Position numbers and translations under genes: made by a program. Positions 11,215 to 24,091 of a stretch of DNA of 64,000 nt are shown piece after piece. Each line of letters opens with the position of its first letter. Positions within the stretch are counted from its first letter, which is position 1. The notes beneath the pieces are model-generated. The model had not been told where the DNA came from. It did not search any database and worked only from the letters and a program-made list of their open reading frames with translations. Origin of the DNA: Patellaria atrata CBS 101060 (lineage: Eukaryota); NCBI GenBank assembly GCA_010093705.1, contig MU006096.1:1262004-1326003 (forward strand). Reading direction: 5' to 3'.

Positions 11215-14200
11215 ATGTCTTCCACGCAGCCTGGTTACAGACAACCGTCTGAGCTTCTCGAACCTTTCTCTGAACAAACAGATACGAGCATAGAGCGGTC
11301 GTATGATGATGTTGATGTGCAACAGATTGCTACTCTCCTACAGCATATCAACCTCGCATGGAGCAGAGTCCCTCGAACATATATAGTCCTGCGCAAGATA
11401 AACCGCCTCGATACTCTTGCAGACCTCATCGCCTTTGGATTTACCGACTATAGCATACCAATTACTCCGAGATCTTTACCAAGACCCCTTGATATTACAC
11501 TACGAGGTGAGTTCGAGCGCGCCCAACCATGCGTATTAACGCAGTTGTTCAATCTGGAAAGGGGAGTCCATGGGTCACATGTACACTTCCCACCAGATGC
11601 TGCCATACCGCTTCTTCACCAAGGAACTCTTGGTACGGGAGGTTATGGGGTGGTCGATAAAGTCCAAAGTCTGATAAGCTACAAAACATACGCAAGGAAA
11701 CAAGTACCCCGGAAGTTCATTATAGCACCAAAGGGAAAAAAAGCTCTGCAATTGTTGGAAAACGAAACCGAAGTCATCAAGGGTTTAAACCATCACCATA
11801 TTGTCAGTTTCATCGACAGCTACACTGACTCTGATTTCTTTGCCCTTATCATGTCTCCTGTGGGGAGATGGATTTAGCGGCTTATATGGAGATGGATGAT
11901 ACCAAGCTTCCTACTAAGAAAGCAACAATACGGACATTCTTCGGTTGCCTTGCAAAAGGTCTGGAATATCTTCACATGTGTGGCGTTCGCCATAAGGATA
12001 TTAAACCTCGCAATATTCTTGTCCACGAATCTCGCATTTTGTTGACAGATTTTGGACTCTCGAGGGTCGCAGGCGAGACTGGAAACAATACAACAAGTGG
12101 ACCCACCATTATGACCCGTCGCTATTGTGCACCAGAAGTTGGACAATATACCAGTAGGAACCTATCAAGTGATATTTGGTCTCTCGGTTGTGTCTACCTA
12201 GAACTATTAGGACAACTGGTCGGCTGGGAGTCAAAGTTCATTGAATCATTTCTGCAAAGCAATGGGAACCACGAAACCGCCTTTTGGGCAAACAATTCTG
12301 CCACAGAACAGATCATTGAAAACCTAGATAAGTGCTGCTCGTCATTGGATAAAGAGTCTCTGGAATGCACGAGAGCAATGCTCAGTACGAGGGCTAAAGA
12401 TCGACCGGACATATATCAAACTGTCAATATGATTACTGGAATCAACACAGCAGCTGGTGGACTATCTCCATTCATCGGTATATGTTGTGTAGCACGCATT
12501 AACTTGTCCGAATCTGTCGAGATGGCTCAGCTACGACTTCTTGAGCAGACACCAATAGACACGCCCCTAAGTCCTAACGAACAGTCATATATTCTACAAG
12601 AATCAAGTACAAAATCTTCAAGGACCAACATTACCCCTGATTCACAGCATAATTCTCCTCAAGTACCACGAACCCGGCAACATAAAAGTGGTAGCAATTT
12701 AACATCGAGCAGACTCGAAGTGAGTCGTAATGCCGTCCCTTGGCTTCATAAAAGGGATATCGATAACCGTCGTGCTTAGGACGAAGTAGAGAAAAGCAAG
12801 GGTCTCTTCCTTGGTGTCGCCTATGCTCATTTCTCTGTCGTTGAGTATTCCTTATATGAAGGAGCGGACATCAACTACAAGACTACTTTGAAATATTATT
12901 CCACCGAAGACGAGAAAGTCTCCGTTGATCTAACCGGTACTGCAATACTCCTAGCTGACATTAATGGACATTCATCCATGGTTTAATTTCTCCTAGAACA
13001 TGGTGCTGATATAAGTAAGGATGCAAATATCCTCTTCTACGCAGCTTCGACTGGCAAAGAAATTTTTAGTCTGCTTATAGCACCTAATGGTGCTAATATC
13101 GATTATGTGGATACCACCGGCCGAGGACTCTTACACCATACCATCATCAACGGTAATTCAAATATGATCGGCATCCTACTTGATCATGTTGGTCCAGGAA
13201 TCAACCTTCGAGATTCTAATGGTGACACGCGTTTACATTATGCTGCAAGGGCAGGGCAAACAGACATAGCCGCAGGATTGGTGATGAGTCCGAGCATCGA
13301 CCCTGATATGATGAATTCGAATTATGCGACTCCCTTGTTGTTTGCTTGCTCTGGGGGCTACGTGGACATAGTCCGCCTATTACTTGCAAGAGATGATGTG
13401 GATGCTCTTTCAGTATGTGGTCCTGATAAAGACGAAACTCCGATATCTGCAGCGATTTATGGCGGTCACACAGTTGTCGTGGATGCACTAATTAAACATC
13501 ACTTAACAATCGGTACGAAAATCTTCTCCGTGCACCTGGGTTTCCTGAGGATATTCTTGAAAGCAGTCTCTCAATGCTCATCCAAGGCTGTCATTGAGCT
13601 TCTGTTAGAGCAAGGGTTAATCACTGCAAATTTAAACTTACGTGAGTTCGAAAACGACCTCTCAAGTTCTGAAGGATTGGTAGATTATTGGACATTGTTC
13701 TCGAACGCTTTATCCAAAAATTTCAAAGACGTTGTCGACCTTTTACTTCAGCAGCAAAATCGTCCATAACTTACTTGGGGCAAGTCTGGAAACATTATCA
13801 AGATCATTGACATGGGACTCTTCGCTAGGATCACTGAAATGGACCTTCGCCAAACCTCGTACAATGAACAAGGAATGTCGTGGGTGAAAATACTGGTCAA
13901 TATACTCATCGTAAGGAATTGGCACTATATCTCAGCTTAAGGCGTTACTCAATCACGAAGGGTTTCACCAGTCTTCTCTCAAATTCCCTGGCCGGCTGCT
14001 AGACGTTTCCTTCACCCTAGGAAACGCGGTCCTTGTGCATTTGCTCCTTCAAATGCATTTTGAAGAAGTCGATTTGCTCTATTCTAAATATAAGAATGAC
14101 CAATTGCTAACATGGTTTACAGAAGTCAATTCGCTGTTGTTAGTACTCAAGGATATTCCAACTGCAACACAATTTACCGAGCTCGTCTTTATAAAATACA

Positions 14201-15528
14201 GGAATAGTCTATCACCAGAAATCCTAGGTAGCATTGCGGGTATTACGAGAGTTAAGCTGGATGGAGCAACTGAAGATGTAACACCATTGTCAATTTTGAA
14301 ACTCGCAGTTGCTCGTCAATTTACCCCTCTAGCTCGACTGGCCTTCTCGCGGTTTTGGGATAATATCGCTTCTCGAACTGAGATGATATGCTTTTTGATT
14401 CTCTGTCTTGACTCTGGCCGAGACAGATTCTGCAAGTCCTTACTCCGTACAGTGCACTTTTCGACGCAAGACTATGATACGCGACAAATTCTCTACAAAG
14501 TATTCGCCAGGGGAAACGCGCAAAGTATAAACTCTCTAATCGATTGTATAGATACCGATTTCTGTAATCTAAGGCCCGAAAGGCCGCCATTTCGCAACGT
14601 CATAGGCATCCTAAGTTCTAGGGGCTTGAGTGAAGGTGTACTCAAAGTCGTACAAATGGATGGCGTCGATCTCAACCTTGCATTTAGTTGTATCCGAATG
14701 ATGGATAGTTCAGTTACTCTTTTGAATTTCTTTATAAGACATAAAACCTTTGATGTCAACAGCCTTGACTCTACACAAACATCTATGCTAGAATACGCCG
14801 TATTCAAAGACAATGTCCAGCTTGCGCAGAGCCTGTTGTCTAGGCCAGAGATCAATGTAAATACCGTCCTGGGATATAACGAAACTCCACTTTCTATTGC
14901 GGTGTCTGGTGGTTTCGGCGATATGATCAAGATTCTACTCTCAAGAGAAGATTTGGAAATTGATGCACACGATAGACGACGTAGCTTGTTGAAGTTAGCA
15001 ATAGACGCAGACCGTGCTGACATCGTGGAATCACTGATTCGTCGCCAAGACCTGGATATCAACAGAAATATTTCAGGATTTCCTGTGCTCCTATACGCTA
15101 TACAAGCACGGCGACCATTGGACGAGCAGCGGGAGATCGTATCTACCCTCTTGTCCAGGCGGGATCCAGACGTTAATAGACTCCGAAAGTACAGAGGAAA
15201 TACTCCAGAACATGTGCTCTGCACTGCAATTCGGCGTGGCGGATCTGACAGGATCCTTCGTCTACTTCTCGAAAGATCCGACATAGACGTTAACTTTTAG
15301 GATGCAGATGGGCGTACCGCTCTCTGGCACGCTGCATTTGTCGGAAATTGTGCTTGTGTCAAGGCTCTCCTCCGTTCAACACACCGTGTTCAAACCAATA
15401 TAGCAGGATCTTTCGAGAATACATACGAGACCCCTTTGAGTATTGCGCGAAAGATGGACCACCGTAATGTAGTAAAGCTCTTGAAAATCCTGACCGAACC
15501 CCGGAAGCTCACCTATTTGGCGATATAG
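11215..15528 (+). pseudogene. Disrupted Ser/Thr protein kinase plus ankyrin-repeat gene
   Basis: Kinase motifs LGTGGYGVV, YARK, HKDIKPRN, DFG, YCAPE, DIWSLGC followed by many ankyrin repeats (GDTRLHYAARAG, TPLLFACSGG, ETPLSIAVSGG, GRTALWHAAFVG). Broken by frameshifts near 11865 and 13915 and in-frame stops TAG 12777, TAA 12984, TAA 13767, TAG 15298. Confidence 0.85.
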
Positions 15529-16980
15529 ATGATTCAAATACACTAAGTCTAAATCGGAATTACCAACTATCAGCGGAGATAGCTGAGGATGAAAGGAGCC
15601 GCTGAAGTCCTCCTCTCCCCGAGTTGACGAGCAAACCTTCACGGCCAAGAGAACATTCTGAACGTTTGAGGATAATGGAGTATCCTGTTCACAGTAAAAC
15701 TACGGTAGAAAGTCCACACTCGAGAAAGCGTCTTGCCAATCGGAGATCGGAAACGGAACGCTCGCGCTCAAAAGACCGTTCTACTTTATTTCGCCCATTC
15801 TCAAGCCTCTACGCTCATAGACGTAGAACAATCGCAGGGAATAGCTTTATAAGTCAGGGCAGCTCTACGGCAAGCGATAGAGGCGAATGAGGATGTCGCT
15901 GGGTGTGGGAACGGTCGACCTTTTGAACAAGCAAACACAGCGCCGCTACGCTCAGAGAACAATCGATCATTCTCTAACGGTCGCAGTTTAATCTTATCGG
16001 TTATAGTAGACTTCCTGTCGGTTATCGTAGAATTGCCGTGCGAGTACTGGTGTTCCATCAAGTTCGGCGCCGTATGAGATTTCACCTTCCCTTCTAAGAC
16101 TTCTAAGTCAAGAGATCACTTGCTCTTGAACTAATAGAGGAGAATATTTATCCTTTACTATACTGCTACTACCTACGTATGGATAAAAAATGCTTCAGTA
16201 ATCCTCCTCACATGACTTCTTAAAGACTAAATGCATCTAGTGTTTCCTGACCGAAATTAGGTTGACCTCACCTTATCTACAAAAAGGGATAGAACTACAG
16301 ATGACTTCACGTAGTAGACAATCTGATATCTGGGCTGAAAGACCGAGATTTCCCCCTCACAATAGCGGCAAGAGGGGGGATTATATATATCATTGTTGAG
16401 TGTTGATATAAAAAGATGGTAGAGGAATTAAAGGGGATTTTAAGCGAGAAGGTGCGGAATATCCGTTTCATCGTGGCGCTTCCTCCTCGTGATAGGCCCA
16501 GAGTGTTTCTGATTTTACCTTGGCACATATTCAGCCTCGTGCATGTTTTGAACAACTTTACTCAGAGCAGATCGAGTACCCAAGCATTTTACAATCTTCA
16601 AGGATTATGATGATCATCCGGAAATTTGGGAGGTTATGTAGTCCTGAATATGAAAGAGCGGGAAGAAACGTGCGTCGTGTTGACGCCAACATCTGTACTG
16701 TACCGCCCTGCAATATCACTACTCGCAGGTCATGTAATGTTTATAAACAGAGAATATTGACCCACAATAGACTATCCCTACTTTTCCTAACCTTCTGCTC
16801 CTGCTCTTCTCGTTGATCTAAGATTCTTTTCTTTCCTACCGCTGTCATTCATTCAGCCCTAGCGGCCTCTACATTCACTTTGACATTGATACCTTAGCAA
16901 TTGTTATCTTAAGGGACTGTGTCTCAAACTTATATCATCGTCACTCTTAAATACATTTCTACACGTCTAAATCCCTGAAC

Positions 16981-18440
16981 ATGGACTTCCTAAAGAAGAG
17001 TACTGCTCTATGGGCTCTCGCCACAGTTCCGATTATCCACGCTCACACGCTTTTCACCAACTTTTTCGTCGATGGAGTTGGTCAAGTATGTGCCCATCCC
17101 GATTATCACACCCAATCCTAATCACCTAAACCAGGGCAATGGCACCTGTATCCGCATGAACGACAATCCCTCCCAAGCCAGCTTCCCTATCCCCAACATC
17201 GAAAGCAACGACATGGCCTGCGGTACTCCCCTCCCCTTCTTTTCCAATTCTCCCACATACTTACCCTTCGAGGCATCCACGGCATGCACGGCGTCTCCCG
17301 CGTCTGCCCCATCCCCGCTGGCTCCCTCCTAACCTTTGAATTCCGCTCCTGGGCCGCCGACCGCACGAAACCGCGCCTCGACTCCTCCCACAAGGGCCCC
17401 TGCGCCGTCTACATGAAAAAAGTCTCCTCCGCGGTCTCCGACACCGCGACCGGCGCCGGCTGGTTCAAGATCTGGGATCAGGGCTTCGACGCCGCGAGCG
17501 GGAAATGGTGCACGGAGACCCTCATCGCGAACGGCGGATTACTGTCCGTCAACATCCCCCAAGGGGTGCAGAGAGGTTATTATCTGCTGAGACCGGAGTT
17601 GCTGGCCCTGCATAATGCGGGGAATCGCGACCCGCAGTTTTACGTCGGCTGTGCGCAGGTGTTTGTGGAGGGTGGTGGGGATATGGTGCCTGTGGATATG
17701 GTCAGCATACCGGGATATGTGACGTACGGCGAGCCGGCCGTCGCGTTCAATATCTGGAAGCAACCCATGGACCTGCCCTACCCGATTCCGGGGCCGCGGG
17801 TCGCGAGGTTCGAGCACGCCGGTGCCGTCGCGAACACGGTCCAGGACGAGGGGCTCCGGCCTGACGGCTGTATCATGGAGAACGGGAATTGGTGCGGGTT
17901 CGAGGTCGACGATTATAGCGATGAAGCGGGATGTTGGGCCGTATGTCTTCCCACCTACATCAAATCCGACATCGCGAGACTGATCTTATGTAGGCGGGCG
18001 AACAGTGCTGGGACCAGAACCAGGACTGCTGGGATTCCGCGCCCCCAACCGGCGGGCGCGGCTGTGAGCTCTGGGCCCAGAAGTGCAAGGCGCTGAATGC
18101 GGCGTGCAAGGCGCGGAATTTCAACGGGCCGCCGAATAGGGGGAGGTATTTGACGCCCGAGAGGGAGACGATCGCGCCGCCGGTGCCGAGGGCGACGGGT
18201 GGAGGGAGTGAGGTGTTTCCGTCTGAAAGATCGGGTCTGGCTTCGGTCTCGGTTTCACGGGGGTATCAAGGTCCTGATCCCGTGGCTACCGCTGGACCTA
18301 CTTCTGCGGGATATACTCACGAGATCTCGGAGCTTGCGCCTGAGGCGACGAGGGCGCCGGTTAGGGTTGTGACGGTGTATGAGACGGATGTTGAGACGGA
18401 CTGGGTGACCGTTACGGTTCGGAGGGGCCTGCGTGCTTGA
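16981..18440 (+). CDS. AA9 (GH61) lytic polysaccharide monooxygenase with Cys-rich C-terminal module; exons 16981-17085, 17135-17222, 17273-17940, 17994-18440
   Basis: Signal peptide ending IIHA followed by His1 (HTLFTNFFVDG); SSHKGP, LLRPELLALHNA and PQFYVGCAQ motifs; three GT-AG introns keep the frame. Confidence 0.9.
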
Positions 18441-18697
18441 AAAGAAAGCAGAGCAAAGGACATGGGTAGGAGTGATTAAAAGCGGAATGTTCTCATTTTT
18501 CGAGGGGCTGAGGTTGAACCTTCCTTGGATATTGATGTGCAAGCGACTTTAATTGAAGATGTAAATATTCGATTCTTTTTACATTTACATGGAGTGACAA
18601 CCGAACTACATAGACGCCCTCTACACCTTTGGTTCGGGTATCGTTACATTCATGCGCGTCACACTCGATATTCCGGGCACAGCTCGCCAGGGGATTT

Positions 18698-20948
18698 CTA
18701 ACACCGTTCGAAAACCCTGTACAGCCCCTTCAAATCAGCCACCTCCACGACCCCTTTCAGTAAACCCTTGGTAGCAACCAGTCTGGCCTTCAAGGCGGGA
18801 AATATAACGTTCTCCAAAGCCCGCAAAACGTGCTTCCGTCGCGCCGCTAACTCTCCGTGCTCTTCAGCGTCTTCCTCACCTTGCATTTGCCCAAGGACGG
18901 ATTCAGGTGGAAGCGGTTCGGGGACATAAAACGCGGCTAGCTCGACGAGGAAGGTGTGAAAGCATTCCTTCTCGCTCGACCAATTCACCTTCGGGCCCAA
19001 CCTCAGCAGAAACTGTGGGAGTTTAGCAAGAGAAGGCGTATACCCCTTCATCATCAACGGAATACTAAGCAGCTCCCCTTCCTCTGAGATTTCCAGCGCA
19101 AAGTATTCCTCCAACATGTTCCGTCTGCCCATAAGCTGATCCCTCACCAACGTCACGACCTCATCCCAATCGAGAGCATCCTCGCCAGTCACAGCCTTCT
19201 CCTGCTCCGCGGCTACGGTTAATAGTTCGGTGAGATTCAGCACCGGGTTGAACCTGATGCTGCCGAAATTGCCAAAATCGGTGAGCCCGAGCTGGTAGAA
19301 GTACTCGTTGCACAGCATGCCGTAGTCGACAAGGTACAGCTTGACGCCGCCCTGGATCGCGGCGATGCGCTTGCGGGCGTCGACGATGCCGACGAAGGTG
19401 TGGCTGGCGAAGACGTCGGTGAGGGCGGAGTGCATTTCATCGCGCACGGCGGCGCGGAGTTCTCTGATCGTGGTGAGGCGGCAGGATACGTGTTCTTTGT
19501 CGGAGTACTCGTATTCGATGTCTTTGAGGGGTTGGGACTCTTCGCCATTGGCTTCGTTGGAGGGACGAGTGGTGGGTGGGAGCATGGAGGTGATTTTTCG
19601 AACCCGGGAATCGGTTCGCACCAAGGCGTTTTCGTACGGTCTTTGGGAGTTTGATTTCTGGGTTGTGGATTTTTGAGTGGTTCTGGGGTCTCTTTGTGGA
19701 GTCGAGGGCTGCGAGTCTTTGGAGGGAGTCAAAGGTATTGTTGGTATACTGACACCGGGGAGTAGGCTTTGCGTTAGGAATGTCCGGCTTGTATCTACTT
19801 TGGTTAAGCCCCCACGTATCTCGTCACAGATAGTCTCGATGATCTCGTCTTCATTCAAGAAGTTAACTTCCCTCTTTGTAGGATGGACATTGACATCCAC
19901 ACGTTGGGGGTCAATCTCTAAACTCAGGTATATAAAAGGATGGCCACCTTTGGGGAGGAATATCGTGTAGATTTGTTCGAATGCTTTCTTGATAGCCGAC
20001 GACTCCACCGAACGATGATTGATAAACAGGAGAAGAGTAGTTCTCTTCACGCTATAATTTGCGTTACTCACCCAACCCGAAGCAGTGAAGCCCCAACGGT
20101 CACTTGAAACCTTGACCTCAACCAGTTCATTTGCAACGGAACTTCCATGAATTTGACGGATTCTATCGATAGTAGAGGCATTAACTGGTACGAAGATCCC
20201 CATTGACGAGTCTCCCTGTTTCTTGCAGGAAAATGCAACTCCTTCGCAATGGACAGCGTATCGGCCGACCATATCCAATATCTTAGCATATTCTTCGCTA
20301 CCAGATCGGAATGCACGTCTTCGAGTAGGTATGTTATAAAAGAGATCCTCAACCGTGATTCGAGTGCCTATTTGGCCTGCCGCTGGTTTCGGATCCGCAC
20401 TCTGGCCAGGTTTGGCCGGTACCAGCTTGCCATCCGCATATTGAGCTTTGTATGCACAACTTGACTCCTTGGTCCTAGTTATGATACTCAAGTGAGCAAT
20501 ATGGCTGATGCTGGCAAGAGCTTCGCCCCTGAAGCCATACGTAGCGATAGAAGTTAGATCTTCGAACGCTTTCAACTTAGATGTTGTGAAACGCTCGCAG
20601 AGAATCGGAAGGTCATCTCGCTGCAATTTCAACATTAGTGCTCTCTTATTTCCTCATTCATGGTGTCCTAGCTCTTACGTTGATCCCATGTCCATTATCA
20701 CTGATCTGCAGAAGCTTTAGCCCGCCGTCTTTCGCAATGATTTCAAGAGATGTAGATCCAGCATCCACGGAATTTTCCAAAAGCTCTTTGAGAGCATGAA
20801 CAGGTGCAACTATTATCTCTCCCGCTGCAATCTTGTTCACCACATCTTGGGACAGAGCTCTTATTCGCCCAAGAGCATCAGTCTGGGTTGGTGTCTTCTT
20901 AATCTTTGAGGAATCCGGTGATGGATTCAACTCCATTTCGTTCCCCAT
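18698..20948 (-). CDS. MLH1: DNA mismatch repair protein MLH1; exons 20948-20679, 20620-18698
   Basis: [49 protein letters not shown] and the C-terminal YRVFERC signature; intron 20678-20621. Confidence 0.97.
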
Positions 20949-21030
20949 TATTGGTTTAGTATACCATCAGTAAAGGGCTATTGATATCGATCACTGTCGA
21001 AGTGCAACCTCGGGAAAATCTCGACGTTGA

Positions 21031-21091
21031 ACGCGTCCTCGCGTTGGGAAACTTTCATCTCCACCCGCACTCACGTGCTGATAAGCTTATC
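21031..21091. promoter_or_regulatory. Compact bidirectional promoter elements between MLH1 and the radical SAM gene
   Basis: ACGCGT 21031-21036 and TCGCGT 21039-21044 (MCB-like), CACGTG 21072-21077, palindromic GATAAGCTTATC 21080-21091, all within about 170 bp between divergent start codons. Confidence 0.45.
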
Positions 21092-21120
21092 GCTCTGCAT
21101 GATGTCAACCTTCCAATTCA

Positions 21121-22386
21121 ATGTCAACCTCAACTTCTCTCTGGATAACCTCCAAAGAACCGCGCAATGCCACAATTACGATGCGCAGACTCCCGCTTGT
21201 ACTTGCGAAAAGATCAACCTCAAGGAGATCTCCCACACATTACCCCCTGAATTCGCCGTACTCCCGTCGCAACCTAAGACTCGCTCCACCTTTCCTCCTA
21301 GATGATTATACACCTCGGTATCAACTTCTCTCATCAGTTGATGCCGCGAAGAAGCGCTCTTTATCCTATGCGCATCTGCGGAACTGTAATCTATGCCCAC
21401 GACTATGCGGTGTAAACCGATATGAGAAGACGGGTGTCTGTCTCATCGGGGCAGAGACTGTAAAGGTCAACACAATTGCCCCGCATTTTGGAGAAGGTTA
21501 GTACAAAGACTACGGCAGGAGTCCAATTTCGAAGAATGAGAAGTAACATGATGTGTTCTCAGAACCATGCATCCAAGGCCACAATGGCAGCGGCGCTGTC
21601 TTCTTCTCCGGCTGCAACCTGCGCTGCGTTTTCTGCCAAAATCATGACATTGCACACCAGCGCAATGGCTTCGATCTCACGCCCGAGCAACTAGCAGAAT
21701 GGTTCATTAAGCTTCAAGAAGTCGGTATGGTTCATAATATCAATCTCGTTACGCCGGAACATGTGGTACCGCAGTGTGCATTGGCGATATTGCATGCAAG
21801 AGACTTGGGGCTTAAAATACCAATCATATACAACACATCTAGTTTTGATAGCTTGGAGAGCATCAAGCTGATGGACGGGCTAGTAGATATCTATTTGCCG
21901 GATTTTAAAGTTTGGAGGGATAGCACGTCGAAGAGGCTTTTGAAAGCTGATAGGTATGCGGAGATTGCGATGGAGAGTATCAAGGCTATGCATGACCAGG
22001 TCGGTGATGCTTGTTTCACACCTGATGGCATCATCAGAAAGGGCGTGTTAGTCAGGCATCTTGTGATGCCAGGAAAGGAAAATGAAGGTCAGGAGATTGT
22101 TAAGTGGCTTGCTGAGAATGTGTCAAAGGACATTATGGTGCATATCATGGAGCAATACTTCCCGAGAGCTCATGTGGGAAAGAAGGCAAGTAGGTCAAGA
22201 AATGTAGATACCGTGGTTGATCCTGGCGGCGTTGAAGCGTCGAAAAAAGAAAAAGAAAAGGTCAAGTATGAAGATATCAACCGCGCGGTAACAATGGGTG
22301 AGGTTTCATCTGTCCGGGAAGCTGCCGCAAAAGCTGGATTGTGGAGGTTTGTAGAGGCTGCTGAACATGGTGGCTTTAACATTTGA
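21121..22386 (+). CDS. Radical SAM protein, PflX-like (pyruvate formate-lyase activating enzyme-like); exons 21121-21496, 21563-22386
   Basis: CNLCPRLCGVNR..GVC, HFGEEPCIQG, CxxxCxxC motif GCNLRCVFCQN, NINLVTPEH, VDIYLPDFK, VRHLVMPG; intron 21497-21562. The start could be ATG 21121 or 21181. Confidence 0.88.
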
Positions 22387-22694
22387 GGCTGTTGGTTACT
22401 CTTTCAGGGACCTTCCTATCGTAAGGGTAAATTCAATCCAATAACATGGTTTCTTCCCCGCAATAGATATATTGCAAAATGCTCACTTTTTGATCTCATA
22501 GTAGAGGAAGCTTCAATAACATGGGTACCTGTACGGCGACCGGGCACTGTCTGAATTTTTGTTGTCCACAAATAGTCAAACGACCTCGTAACAATCACAT
22601 CGTAGATCGAGACTTTTCCAACCAATAACTCCGCGTTCGTAGCAGTGATTCCGTCCAAACAAACCGAATCATCTTCACATCTCTTTTCACGGCC

Positions 22695-23745
22695 TTACAC
22701 ATCAGTCATCGTCTCATCGCGGATGATTCCAGCAGGAATTCTGCCCTCGTTTAACTCCTTTTCAAGCCTGGCTATCTCATCCAAGCTCTTCGCATTCTTG
22801 ATCCGTTCCTGTACTCGCTTCTTCTCCTCATCTGTAAGTTGCACGCGATATGACTTGCCGGAGGAAATGCCGTTCTCGGACGGGACGTCGAATGTGCGGG
22901 ACTTGATGCCCATGATCTAAAACCGTCAATACAAACAGCTTCGGAGATGGAAAATAGCAACCTTTGCGGCTAGTGAAGTGGGAGCATCTTTTGTCCCAAA
23001 TAGCTCCTTCGCTTTTTTCTTCTCAGAATCTTTCACCTTCTGAAAGTCTAGGAATCGTACGGAAGGGCATCTCCATAGGACCCAGTATCTATAGTTCTAA
23101 TCTTCTTTAATATAGCAACTCATCATTTTCCTTCCGAGAGATACATTTTACATACCTCTCGCGCCGTGACCGGGTTTTCGAGCAGCACCAGGTGTGTGAG
23201 CTTGGGGAATCCAGCAAGTACATCAAGATCGGCAAGTTCGGATAACTGATTGTGCTGCAACACAAGTGTGGCCAGGTTCGGTATTGACTGCTTAAGCGAG
23301 GGATGTATGCTCGCAATGCGGTTGCGGGCGAGGAGAAGAGTCTGGAGACGGGGACTGAGGGGGAAGTTGGTGAGGACGCTAATGTCATTGTCGGTGAGAT
23401 CTATGCTATCCTGGGCCTGAATCGCGAGTTTGTCGATCAGTATCTCGGACATCCACTATATTGGAAACGTAAGGTAAGACATACACCAGCAACACCTAGA
23501 TTCTCGATAGCGGTGATCTTGTGTCCTGTAGTGGGGCAAAGTTTGATATCAATTGAGCTCTTTCATCAAAGTGTAGTATCTGTTCTTCTTAGGCGTACCT
23601 CGGAGATCTAACTGACGTTCGTGAAGTGGATCAATATAGCTACGCGACGCAGGTGATTAGTAGATGTTATAGAATCAGGCATAAGCTGAAGGTGGGCTGC
23701 ATGGTACCTCAAGGAGCTTTGGATGAGCTCCGGTGTGAGTCTCAT
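22695..23745 (-). CDS. LEA1: U2 snRNP protein A' (LRR); exons 23745-23708, 23639-23599, 23525-23485, 23416-23156, 23096-22962, 22916-22695
   Basis: MRLTPELIQSSL-SYIDPLHERQLDLRG-HKITAIENLGVAG-AQDSIDLTDNDI..LLENPV..-NYRYWVLWRCPSVRFLDFQKVK..IKNAKSLDEIARLEKELNEG; five GT-AG introns. Confidence 0.93.
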
Positions 23746-24091
23746 TGTGGAATTTGAATATCCTTTCAAAGAGTAAGACGGATGTTGGTATAATTCGGCT
23801 CGATATCGGCCCTATTCGAGTTCAGGATAGCACTCAGTAGTGGATGTGAGGCTAGTGGAGTTGGTGATGGGAGTTTAGGTTCGCTTGATGGGGTATCAAA
23901 TTTCGCCAAGACGGCCAAATTCTGATGTTTTGAAAAGGAGGGACCACGCGACCCAACTTTTTTAAAAAAAATTCCTCCCCTAAGGTACCTCCCCCCTGGC
24001 TCCTACCACCGCAACCACCAGAAGCTACACCCGCTTCACCGTCTCCACGTATCTGAATATCCTCAACCTCGGGAATAAACAGGGTAAGATC

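Noticed and set aside
12777..15300. Rescue of the kinase-ankyrin gene by A-to-I editing (UAG to UGG) or stop readthrough
   Set aside because: Two stops are TAA and there are two frameshifts, which editing of UAG cannot repair; ordinary decay is simpler.
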